A stretch of 64,000 nt of DNA, taken from a virus. Where the stretch lies: positions 54,947 through 118,946 of the IMG/VR virus record IMGVR_UViG_3300023174_000080. The stretch is one strand, 5' to 3'. This document shows positions 47,653 through 57,036 of this stretch, piece by piece. Within the stretch, counting starts at the first letter, position 1. Every line of letters starts with the position of its first letter. The position numbers and the translations under genes were made by a program. The notes under the pieces were generated by a model. It did no database searches. It worked only from the letters and a program-made list of their open reading frames with translations, and was not told the DNA's origin.

Positions 47653-48504
47653 ATGCGTAACAATGAAGAACGTCTTGGAGCAAATATGGCTCGCCAAGAC
47701 CCATTTGTACCACAAGCTCCACAAGCAGCAGATGCGTCAGCGGCACCATTAAGTTTTATTGTTCCTACCGAGCATGTAATGTTGCCATCTGGAGGTAAAT
47801 TTTATCCAGAACATCATCCATTGCACGGCAAGGATTCAATAGAAATTAAACAAATGACTGCGAAGGAAGAAGATATTCTTACTTCTAAAAATCTATTAAA
47901 AAAGGGGGTGGCCTTAGATAAATTAATTCAATCTCTTGTTGTAGATAAGAATATCAATACAGATACTCTTACTATTGAAGATCGGAATGCAATTATAGTT
48001 GCAGCAAGAATTTCTGCTTACGGAGAAGAATACGCTACACAAGTAGCATGTCCAGAATGCGAAACAAAAGTCAAGCATACCTTTAATTTGTTGGAAAAAT
48101 TAGAGAATCAAAAAATTCCAGAATCAATTACTATAGCCGGTGATGGAACTTTTGATTTATTACTCCCTTCAACTAAATGGAAAATAAAATGTCGCGCACT
48201 TAATGGATATGATGAAAAAGCAATTTTAAAATTATCAGAAGCAAAAAAGAATGGCAAAGAAAGCGATTCTTTACTTCTTGAACAATTAAAGATGACAATC
48301 GTAGAAATACAAGGCGTTTCTGATAAAGAAATGATCAATAGAGCCATAGATGCAATGCCAGCAAAAGATTCTAAATATATTAGAGGCATGTACGAACGAA
48401 TAGTTATTCCTCTTGATATGACAAAAACATTTAAATGTGAAAATTGTGAATATGAATCAACGCTGGAGGTACCGCTGACAGCAGACTTTTTTTGGTTTAA
48501 GTAG
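47653..48504 (+). CDS. tail assembly chaperone / baseplate hub assembly protein (T4 gp26-like)
   Basis: LPSGGKFY, MTAKEEDILTS, ARISAYG, two CxxC pairs, ends ADFFW. Confidence 0.85.
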   Translation: MRNNEERLGANMARQDPFVPQAPQAADASAAPLSFIVPTEHVMLPSGGKFYPEHHPLHGKDSIEIKQMTAKEEDILTSKNLLKKGVALDKLIQSLVVDKNINTDTLTIEDRNAIIVAARISAYGEEYATQVACPECETKVKHTFNLLEKLENQKIPESITIAGDGTFDLLLPSTKWKIKCRALNGYDEKAILKLSEAKKNGKESDSLLLEQLKMTIVEIQGVSDKEMINRAIDAMPAKDSKYIRGMYERIVIPLDMTKTFKCENCEYESTLEVPLTADFFWFK

Positions 48505-48676
48505 CGATTATCAAGAGAACACATATAGCAATTTTTTCTATTTAAAATACTATGGTGGTTTCTCTTTATTTGAAAGCTATAATTTACCAGTTGGTCTTAG
48601 AAACTGGTTTGCTAAAAAATTGTCAGAGCAATTAAAAGAAGAATCAGATGCTATAAAACACGCATCTAAGAAATAG
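48488..48676 (+). CDS. startless +1-frame ORF, frameshift extension of the chaperone (gp51/GT-like)
   Basis: FFGLSSDYQENTYSNFFYLKYYGGFSLFESYNLPVGLRNWFAKKLSEQLKEE...; in-frame TGA at 48476 and no ATG; begins on a T7 run. Confidence 0.7.
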   Translation, partial: FFGLSSDYQENTYSNFFYLKYYGGFSLFESYNLPVGLRNWFAKKLSEQLKEESDAIKHASKK

Positions 48677-48679
48677 AAA

Positions 48680-48709
48680 GTGAGCGGATTATCCGCTCAC
48701 TTTTTTTTT
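48680..48709 (+). terminator. intrinsic terminator
   Basis: GTGAGCGGA-TTA-TCCGCTCAC followed by T9. Confidence 0.9.
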
Positions 48710-48754
48710 ATATCACTATTTAATATGTCGTTCTATATCTATCGGTAAAATATT

Positions 48755-51604
48755 ATGGCTGAAAAAAGCGCTGAAGAATTAGAGAGAGAAGTAAAACTTC
48801 TAGAGCAAGCTAAAGCTCTCAGAGAAGAAAATATTTCTTTAATTGAAAAAGAATCTAAATCTTTAAAAGACTTATCAAATTTACAAGGTGATTCAAATAA
48901 GGAATTACAAAGAGAAGAAGCTGCAAGGAAACTTAATAAAGAATTATTAACCTCTGAATCTAAACTTTTAAAAGAACAAATAGATTTAGAGTTAAAGCGT
49001 AGCGATTTAACAGACGAAGAACAAAAAAAATTAGCCGATAAAGTCGTTAGATATAGAGAAATTCAAGATCAAATAAAAGAAGAAATAAATTTACTAGATA
49101 AGGTAAAATCAGGATTAAGTAAATCTATAGATTTTGCTAGCAATTTAGCTAAGGGGTTTGAAAACGGATTAAATAAAATTCAAGGCATGGTAGGACAAAT
49201 CTCAGGACTTCAAGGAAGTCTTAGCGGCTTATTAAACAGCATAAATGATATTGATGGCGGCTTGGGAAACGCTGGATTAACATTATTAGATTTTAATAAA
49301 ACGATGGGATTATTAAAAGAACGTTCTTTGGAGGTCATTAAAGCCAATCAAGATGTTGCTACAAATACAGGTGTTGTTTTAACAACTCAGAAAGCTTTAT
49401 TAAGTCAAGGATTAGGACAATTCGGTATTTCAAATAAAGAATTAGGAGAATCATTTACTAGTCTTTATAATAATATGAATACTTTTTCACATTTAAATCT
49501 AAATGTGCAAAAAGATTTAGTCGCATCAGCTGCTAAGATGAAAAATCTTGGGGTTGATACTAACACATACGCTAAAGATTTACAACTTTTAAATACTACA
49601 TTGGGTATGTCGGCAACAAAATCCAATGAAATGATGGGGAAGCTTGCTCAAACCGCTAGAGAAGCAGGAATAGCGCCAAAGAAAATGTTAGAAGAATTTG
49701 GGCCTGCCATGAGTTCCCTAGCAGTATATGGTCAAAAAGGTGTTCAAATCTTTGTTGATTTGGAAAAGCAATCTAAATCATTAGGCATTGAAGTTGGTCG
49801 TTTGAATTCTATATTCGGTGAAGCATTTGATACATTTGAAGGCGCTGCTCAAAAAGCTGGTGGTTTAAATGCAATATTGGGTGGTGATTTCCTTAATGCC
49901 ACTGAAATGATGAATGCTAATGAATCAGAAAGAATTATTTTGTTGAAAGAAGCAATGGAAGCCTCTGGCAAAAGTTTTGGTTCTATGGATAAGTTTGAAA
50001 AGAAGGCCATCGCAGCCCAATTGGGCATTAAAGATATGGCTGAAGCTGAAAATCTTTTTGGTAAAAGTTCCAAAGAGATGGAAAGCGATATGAATAAAAA
50101 AATTAATACTCAAGAATCCCTAACTAAAGCACAATTAGCTGGTGCCGACGCACAAAGAAAAGCACAATTAGCTCAACAAGCAGCAGCAGAAGAAATGAGA
50201 AAATACATAGAAGAAGTTAGAAAAGCTTTAGCTCCAATATTTGAATTTATTGATAAAAATAAAGCTTTAGTAGCCGGAATTACTGCTTTTATCGGTGTTG
50301 CTGGTCTAGTCATACCAGTAATAATTGGCGTGATTGGTGTAATCAAAACACTATGGGGTATGTCTACCGGATTGATTAATTTTTTTAGATCTTTCGGTTC
50401 TGGAGTGAAAGCTGCTGGAGAAAGCTCAAAAAAATCTATGGGTGCTATGTCGGAAGGGCTTAAGAAAATGTCCGCTCCACAAATACTCATAGCGTTATTA
50501 TTAATTTCTGTTGCCATAGTCGCAATTGGTTATGCCATTAAAATAGCCTCAGAGGGTTTAGCAACGCTTGTTAAAGCATTCCAAGGGTTAACCGGTCCTC
50601 AAGCTGCTGCTGCCGTAGCAGCGATTGTAGTTGTTATGGCGGGCTTTGTGGCTATTATCGCTGTATTAGGTGCTATAATGTTGGCCGGTCCCGGTGCCGC
50701 TGCTGTTGCTGGTATGTTAGCACTCGGCGTTGCTGCAGTATTATTAGCTGTTGCTTTAAATTTGGCGACTGATTCATTGGTTATTTTGATGCCATATATG
50801 GAGCCAATAGCAAAGCTAATTATAGACGGATTAGTAGTGGCATTCAAATATTTAGTAGATGCATTAAAATCAGTTGCATATATAATTGGTGATGTTTTAA
50901 TAGTAGCATTTAAAGGTATAGTGGAAATAGCTAAAGAAGTTGGGAATGTATTAAAAGCTGCGTTTTCTGCCGTAGTTGATATATTTAAAATATTAGCCGA
51001 CGTAGTTAAATCAGCTTTTGGAACCGTAGTAACTATATTTGATAAAATCATCCAATTAGCAGGAATGGATGGAATAACAATGAAACTAATGGGAATCGCT
51101 GGAGGACTAACGGCAATAGCATTCGCTTTAGTGGCATTAGGAACTGGTTCTGCTCTTGGAGCTTTGGGTAATTTAATTGGCGGTGCGTTTACTGGTATTA
51201 GCAATGTATTCACAGGTGGTGACACAAAATCTGGAATAGACGGCGTTACCGATTCTGTAACTAAATTAGCAGCTGCAATGAATGCCTTGCCAACTGATTC
51301 AGAAGTTAGAGTGAAGGGTATAGTACAGATGAATCAAGTTGTAAATACCGCTGGTGTAGCTAACTATGAAGCAGCAAGCAATTTCATGATAAGAGCTAAA
51401 GAATATCACGATGCACAAAAATTATCAAAAGATGCCGATAAAGATGCTTTATTGGGAGCACTTAAAGTATTATTCGGCACCGGAGAAGAAAAGAAAGAAG
51501 GCGAAGAACAAGGTGGCATGAAAATGATATTGCAAGTTGATGGCGATGAACTAAATGCTGTGTTATTTGGTAGAGGTGCTGGAATGTTTAAAACCAGAAG
51601 GTAG
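48755..51604 (+). CDS. tape measure protein
   Basis: Long helical Ala/Gly-rich protein after the tail chaperone, with several TM-like segments, 11-aa periodic repeats, and C-terminal LQVDG. Confidence 0.85.
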   Translation: MAEKSAEELEREVKLLEQAKALREENISLIEKESKSLKDLSNLQGDSNKELQREEAARKLNKELLTSESKLLKEQIDLELKRSDLTDEEQKKLADKVVRYREIQDQIKEEINLLDKVKSGLSKSIDFASNLAKGFENGLNKIQGMVGQISGLQGSLSGLLNSINDIDGGLGNAGLTLLDFNKTMGLLKERSLEVIKANQDVATNTGVVLTTQKALLSQGLGQFGISNKELGESFTSLYNNMNTFSHLNLNVQKDLVASAAKMKNLGVDTNTYAKDLQLLNTTLGMSATKSNEMMGKLAQTAREAGIAPKKMLEEFGPAMSSLAVYGQKGVQIFVDLEKQSKSLGIEVGRLNSIFGEAFDTFEGAAQKAGGLNAILGGDFLNATEMMNANESERIILLKEAMEASGKSFGSMDKFEKKAIAAQLGIKDMAEAENLFGKSSKEMESDMNKKINTQESLTKAQLAGADAQRKAQLAQQAAAEEMRKYIEEVRKALAPIFEFIDKNKALVAGITAFIGVAGLVIPVIIGVIGVIKTLWGMSTGLINFFRSFGSGVKAAGESSKKSMGAMSEGLKKMSAPQILIALLLISVAIVAIGYAIKIASEGLATLVKAFQGLTGPQAAAAVAAIVVVMAGFVAIIAVLGAIMLAGPGAAAVAGMLALGVAAVLLAVALNLATDSLVILMPYMEPIAKLIIDGLVVAFKYLVDALKSVAYIIGDVLIVAFKGIVEIAKEVGNVLKAAFSAVVDIFKILADVVKSAFGTVVTIFDKIIQLAGMDGITMKLMGIAGGLTAIAFALVALGTGSALGALGNLIGGAFTGISNVFTGGDTKSGIDGVTDSVTKLAAAMNALPTDSEVRVKGIVQMNQVVNTAGVANYEAASNFMIRAKEYHDAQKLSKDADKDALLGALKVLFGTGEEKKEGEEQGGMKMILQVDGDELNAVLFGRGAGMFKTRR

Positions 51605-51615
51605 GAAAAAAATAA

Positions 51616-52374
51616 ATGTTAGGATTTGATAACTTAAAAAAAGACAGCGTTTATAATATTTATATTTACAGTTATTCTGTAAATACGCGAGTTCAATTTC
51701 CAGTTTTCTTAACTTCATATAGTGATGATTTTAAATCTAGTTGGACTCCTGTAACAGTTTTAGGAAAAATGGATCCTATATCAACATATAAAAATACTAG
51801 CAGAACCATATCAGTTGGGTTCGATGTACCCAATGAATCAATTCAACAAGCTATGGAAAACATGCAAAAAATTGATGCCTTGATTAAAGGCATGTATCCT
51901 GTATATTCATCCGATGGCGGTATTGGAGGTACATATGTTATCGGCTCACCCCCAATATTTAGAGTGAAATTTGCTAATTTTATCTCTAACGTATCACAAA
52001 CTGATGAAATACCAGCTGCTAATAATTCTTTAAATAGTGGTTTGTTATGTCACATACCAGATTTTAAATTTAGTCCTGATGTATCAAGTGGATTTTTTAT
52101 AAGTGAAAATAAAATATATCCTAAATTAATCAAAGTTTCGCTTATCTTAAATATTATTCATGAAAATCCTTTAGGAAATGAAAGTGTTAGTATAAATGGA
52201 AATAATAAACCAGTTCCAAGAATACAAAAAGACGACTTAAACCGTACTTATGACTTTCCTCACAAATTTGATACAAGGGCGCAAACAATAGACTCACCAG
52301 AACAAAAAAGAGCCTATGCCGCAGTTGAAGATGCGAGGAAAAAAGCTGGCGAATATGATGTTTTATCAGCATAG
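51616..52374 (+). CDS. baseplate tail-tube initiator-like protein
   Basis: FLTSYSDDFKSSW...GKMDPISTYKNTSRTISVGF, PPIFRVKFANFI. Confidence 0.65.
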   Translation: MLGFDNLKKDSVYNIYIYSYSVNTRVQFPVFLTSYSDDFKSSWTPVTVLGKMDPISTYKNTSRTISVGFDVPNESIQQAMENMQKIDALIKGMYPVYSSDGGIGGTYVIGSPPIFRVKFANFISNVSQTDEIPAANNSLNSGLLCHIPDFKFSPDVSSGFFISENKIYPKLIKVSLILNIIHENPLGNESVSINGNNKPVPRIQKDDLNRTYDFPHKFDTRAQTIDSPEQKRAYAAVEDARKKAGEYDVLSA

Positions 52375-52386
52375 AGAAAAAATTTT

Positions 52387-52725
52387 ATGATTAATCGTTA
52401 TGCAGACAGAGAAATTTTTAAGAATGATTTGGAGCAATATAAAGACACACTTAAAGATAGAAACGTAAAATTTATTAGACATTATTCAACTGCTAAATTT
52501 ACTTATCCAAAAAGTGAACAATTAAAATATTTTCAAACAATACAGTATACTTGGAAATTAGGAGATAAGTTTTCTAAATTAGCCGACATACATTACGGCG
52601 ATGCAAAAGATTGGTGGATAATTGCAAAATATAATCAAAAACCAACTGAATCTCATGTACAAGTTGGAGATATAATCGAAATTCCTTATCCTCTTTCATC
52701 AGTTATTAAATATTTGTTAGGATAA
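52387..52725 (+). CDS. LysM-type baseplate protein (gp53/tail-X-like)
   Basis: YTWKLGDKFSKLADIHYGDAKDWWIIAKYN...GDIIEIP. Confidence 0.85.
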   Translation: MINRYADREIFKNDLEQYKDTLKDRNVKFIRHYSTAKFTYPKSEQLKYFQTIQYTWKLGDKFSKLADIHYGDAKDWWIIAKYNQKPTESHVQVGDIIEIPYPLSSVIKYLLG

Positions 52726-52729
52726 TAAA

Positions 52730-55700
52730 ATGAGTGAACAAAATGCTGCAAATGCTAACACTAATGTTAGTAATCAACCAACATCAGATGGTTCAAGACA
52801 ACTGTATGAAAATCAACAAACTAATACTAGTGAAGTTGTAGCGTATGCATCACCTGAACAATTAAGACAACTAGAATCTGATCAACAAAGAAAACAGGAA
52901 ATAGATGAAATAATATATAAAGAATCTATTAAAGCTAGTGATGAAGCATATATAAAAAAAGAAAAAGAATTAAGAGCAAAATCCACTTCTTCATCACCTG
53001 AAGAAGAAAAAAAAATTAAAGATGCAGCGACTAAAGCTGCTGATGAAGCATATAAAAAAAAGACATCAGAGTTACAAAAAAAATATAAAAAATACTATCC
53101 TGAACAAAAATCTTCTGGTGTTTCAGGGGCAGCGAAGGGACAAGCTTCTAAATCTAACAAGGTTGATCCTATTAGAACACGCCTAAATGAACAAGCTGCT
53201 TTGATGCTTAATATTGATAAAATAATTAATGCAAAAGCTGTTAAACCAACAAAAAAACAAGAGAAAAAAAGAACAGAAATAGAATATAAAAATTTTTATG
53301 TTACTAGGCTTAAAGAATCTGGGCATACAACTATTACATCATTATTAACCAAGCATAATTCAATGAATGCTTTTTTTAATAAACTACCATCTCAAGTATT
53401 AAGTTTGCTTGTTCCATCTATAAAATTATATAAAGTGTTTTATCCAAAATTAATAAATGCTAAAAATGAATCTTCGCCAGATAAAAATGATAAAACTAAA
53501 GAAAAGCCAATTAGTTGGAGAATTCCATTTGATGACATTCCAATACAATATAGAAAACAAACTAGTAATGTACCACCTCAAAGTGTAGATGAAATATTAA
53601 ATGGAAATGGTTTTCTACATACTGTTGGTATAAAATCATTTAGTTATTCTTATCAAGGAAACAATCCCGCTACAGCAAACACACTTGTATCGGCTGAATT
53701 AAAATTATTTTTTCAAAGCCCAGAAGAATTAATGAAAGAATTTAATATTGTGCATGAAGGTATTAATGGTAAATATACTTTTGCCTATACAGATCTTATA
53801 AATTCAGCCACTAGAACAGAAAGGCAAGAAGGTAAGTTGGATGATACTCCAAATGAAAATTATTATAGAATTAAAATAATTTGCGGCTATTCAGATAGTA
53901 ATAATGATTTAATAAGAAATATATTACTTAATGAAAATTACAATAATGATAAAATTACAGAAGTGCTTGCTGCCTTATCATTATCTAGAGCAACTTTTTA
54001 TTTATCACCATATTCATATGATATATCTTTTAATGAAAGCGGAGCAGTTGATTTATCTATTAAATGTAATGCTTCTGTAGATAAAATGTTATTATCAGAA
54101 GAAGCTGATATATTTTACACGACCGAAGAGCTTAAACAAGCAAGGCATTATATTAAAGCTTTAAATACATTTGTAAAAAATAAAGATAGAAAACCAACCG
54201 AAATAAAAACAAATGGAGAAGCGTGTGTAGCAGATGCTAATGAAAAATCTATTTTAAAAGAGTTTTTTCAAAAATATCCAGAAGCAAAAAAAGATGAAAA
54301 ATATTTAAAACAAAGATTGTATAATTTTAGAAAAAATTCCTATAATTCTATTTTTAAAAAATTAATTGGTGCCGGTAAGGAAAAACAAACTCATGATAAT
54401 GTCGGTATCTACAGTGCTTATGTTAATAATAAAATTCTTTCAATACTTTCAGACGAAAATAATATAGATTCCAGAGAAAATGATTTAAGAAATCAAAATA
54501 GTTTTAAAGGAGTATATGCAGAAAATATAAATGACCCTTTGACTATAAAAAGAAATTTATTAAAAGGCGAGCATAAAGACGAAGATGCTAAAGGAAAAGC
54601 TAATTCACAAAGCATGGATGAACAGGCTATGAAAGAATTAGATAAACAAACAAACTCACAAGCTTCTAAATCCAGATATAATGGCTTTTCTCAAATTAAA
54701 TTTATGTTTTTGGGAGATCTTATAGACGCAGCATTAGATTGTTTAGATAATTTAGATAACGATCATGATAGACCAAGAATAGTATTAGGTGAGATAACAA
54801 TGGAAATACCGACCATTAATAATATTGGAGAAGAAGAAAGCAAGCATCTTCTTACGGTAAATCTTGCCGATGTACCAATAAGCATGAAATTGTTTGAACA
54901 ATTTTTTATTAAAAAAGTTGTTAAACAAATGAGAGATAAATATCCGGCAATGGAATTTATTAAAGATGCAATATCTGAATTAATATTTCCCGCTCTAAAT
55001 CCATCAGTGTTTGGTAAATCTTATACTTTTAATTCAAAAATAAAATATTCTATTTTATCGCTAAATGTCGGTATGTCTAATGGTAGAACCGACCCGGTTA
55101 CTGGATTAGATGTTAATAGTAAAGATTTTGGTAATGGTGAGCACATCATTGATGATAAAAAAATAGAGCAATTACAGAAACAAGTAACAGATAATCTAGC
55201 GTCTATAAAAGAAAGCTTAGACAACTTAAATTATATTTTTATTTATTGTTCTAGTGGTATGCCTAGAATTGCAAATCCATCGGAAGAAGACGATATAAAA
55301 AGAGGTATTTATCATGTAAGAATGGGCCGTGACTCTGGTCTTATAAAAAAAATTGATTTTACAAAATCCGAGATACCTTTCCAGAGAGAATTCATGGCTA
55401 GAAGAGAAGGTAATAAACGTGGAACTTCCATAAAACAATTATACAATGCAAATATAAGTATGTTTGGAAATAATATATATGTTCCCGGTGATTATATTTA
55501 TATTGAACCTTATTTTCTATTAACTACAAATAAAACTCTTGATTTACAAGATTCGCTTGGATTAGGTGGATATTATATGGTTCTTAAAGTAAATAGCTCT
55601 ATAGCAGAAGCCAGTTTTGATACTAAACTAGAGTGTATTTTCCAAGGACAATTATATAAAGATGGTGATAAGAAAAAGCTTGCAACTCCTAATACAGATA

Positions 55701-55732
55701 AATGTTTAAAAGGTGAATATAGAGTAGGATAA
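52730..55732 (+). CDS. baseplate hub-like protein
   Basis: VGIKSFSY near the N-terminus; C-terminal ANISMFGN...PGDYIYI...GGYYMVLKV...FDTKL is typical of hub proteins. Confidence 0.6.
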   Translation: MSEQNAANANTNVSNQPTSDGSRQLYENQQTNTSEVVAYASPEQLRQLESDQQRKQEIDEIIYKESIKASDEAYIKKEKELRAKSTSSSPEEEKKIKDAATKAADEAYKKKTSELQKKYKKYYPEQKSSGVSGAAKGQASKSNKVDPIRTRLNEQAALMLNIDKIINAKAVKPTKKQEKKRTEIEYKNFYVTRLKESGHTTITSLLTKHNSMNAFFNKLPSQVLSLLVPSIKLYKVFYPKLINAKNESSPDKNDKTKEKPISWRIPFDDIPIQYRKQTSNVPPQSVDEILNGNGFLHTVGIKSFSYSYQGNNPATANTLVSAELKLFFQSPEELMKEFNIVHEGINGKYTFAYTDLINSATRTERQEGKLDDTPNENYYRIKIICGYSDSNNDLIRNILLNENYNNDKITEVLAALSLSRATFYLSPYSYDISFNESGAVDLSIKCNASVDKMLLSEEADIFYTTEELKQARHYIKALNTFVKNKDRKPTEIKTNGEACVADANEKSILKEFFQKYPEAKKDEKYLKQRLYNFRKNSYNSIFKKLIGAGKEKQTHDNVGIYSAYVNNKILSILSDENNIDSRENDLRNQNSFKGVYAENINDPLTIKRNLLKGEHKDEDAKGKANSQSMDEQAMKELDKQTNSQASKSRYNGFSQIKFMFLGDLIDAALDCLDNLDNDHDRPRIVLGEITMEIPTINNIGEEESKHLLTVNLADVPISMKLFEQFFIKKVVKQMRDKYPAMEFIKDAISELIFPALNPSVFGKSYTFNSKIKYSILSLNVGMSNGRTDPVTGLDVNSKDFGNGEHIIDDKKIEQLQKQVTDNLASIKESLDNLNYIFIYCSSGMPRIANPSEEDDIKRGIYHVRMGRDSGLIKKIDFTKSEIPFQREFMARREGNKRGTSIKQLYNANISMFGNNIYVPGDYIYIEPYFLLTTNKTLDLQDSLGLGGYYMVLKVNSSIAEASFDTKLECIFQGQLYKDGDKKKLATPNTDKCLKGEYRVG

Positions 55733-55747
55733 TAGTAGGAAATAATA

Positions 55748-57028
55748 ATGACAGAAAAATATGATAGTCCTTTAGGCAATAATAGCGTTTCATCATTAAA
55801 AGTATTATTTGATGATAAAAGATATTATTATAATTTTATTTTACCAATAATATATTTGACAAATAATAAAATATTTTTTAGTGATTTATATAAAAACAAT
55901 GCTCTTTATGGCTTAGTAGATAGAGAATATAATGTTATAGTTCCTAAACAAGAATATATTGTTAATTTATCTATTGTAGATAACAAACAACAATATTTAT
56001 TAGATTTTGCGGCTGAAGCTTATACAGGATTAAAGAATTACTTAGAAAATGCTTGTATTTTAGGAAAGGTTAGCAGAACTGGAGTATTCGGTAATATTAG
56101 ACCATATAAATCTTATAATGATCCAAGCATTTTAGTTGACTCCATACAATCACTCGCAGCTATAGAATTTAAAAACGCGATGACGGCTGAAGTGGAATTA
56201 AACTATAGAGTTAGAGATCACATAACATTTAATAAAGAATTTCTTATTTTTTTAAAAAAACGAATAGGGCTTAATATGGCAGTTAGTAAATCAGAAATTC
56301 TTCTGTCAAACTTTTTTATCTCTTATAGCAATGGCATAATGCTTGACTATGCTAATGAAAAAAATTGCGATGATGATAAAATAAAATATGAAAAATATTT
56401 AAGCGATAAAGATTTAATTGGATTTAAAGATTCCTGTAAAAGATTCGGTTTTTCTATAGACGCGAATATTCCTTGGAGAATAAGTCTAGATTTGAACTCC
56501 CCAGCTATGCAAAAAACGGGAAATCATAATGGCTATTTATATAAAAGACAAATAGGTAACTTAGATGATCTATTTGACAAGAGATATAATCGCGTATACA
56601 ATGATGAAATAGAACATTTAAAAAATTTCTTTTATAATTCCTATATTAAGTTTTTAGAAAATAACTTGTATTACGAAGAAGATTACAGTAAGATCGCTGG
56701 TAATAAAATCAAAAATAGAAAATTATATAAAAGAGATGTATATAAAAAAGAAGAATACCTATCAAAATTTGATGATTTATATTGGTTAAGAATGTTTGGC
56801 TATATTAGAAATCTAGAAACAAGCAGGGGTCTAACTCAGCAACAGTTTGAAAATGTAATCAGAGAAGGATCTAGATTTATAAAAGGTGCTAGAACTAGTG
56901 AAGGATTGAAATACGTTAATAACTTCTTTAAGAATTTTAATAATGTTGATTTCGTAATGTCTTCACAGCAGAATAAAGACATGGTAAAAGTACCTTCACC
57001 GGCAAGTATACCGCAGATTATTTTTTAG
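55748..57028 (+). CDS. hypothetical protein
   Basis: 426-aa ORF with RFGFSIDANIPWR. Confidence 0.55.
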   Translation: MTEKYDSPLGNNSVSSLKVLFDDKRYYYNFILPIIYLTNNKIFFSDLYKNNALYGLVDREYNVIVPKQEYIVNLSIVDNKQQYLLDFAAEAYTGLKNYLENACILGKVSRTGVFGNIRPYKSYNDPSILVDSIQSLAAIEFKNAMTAEVELNYRVRDHITFNKEFLIFLKKRIGLNMAVSKSEILLSNFFISYSNGIMLDYANEKNCDDDKIKYEKYLSDKDLIGFKDSCKRFGFSIDANIPWRISLDLNSPAMQKTGNHNGYLYKRQIGNLDDLFDKRYNRVYNDEIEHLKNFFYNSYIKFLENNLYYEEDYSKIAGNKIKNRKLYKRDVYKKEEYLSKFDDLYWLRMFGYIRNLETSRGLTQQQFENVIREGSRFIKGARTSEGLKYVNNFFKNFNNVDFVMSSQQNKDMVKVPSPASIPQIIF

Positions 57029-57036
57029 AGGATTAT

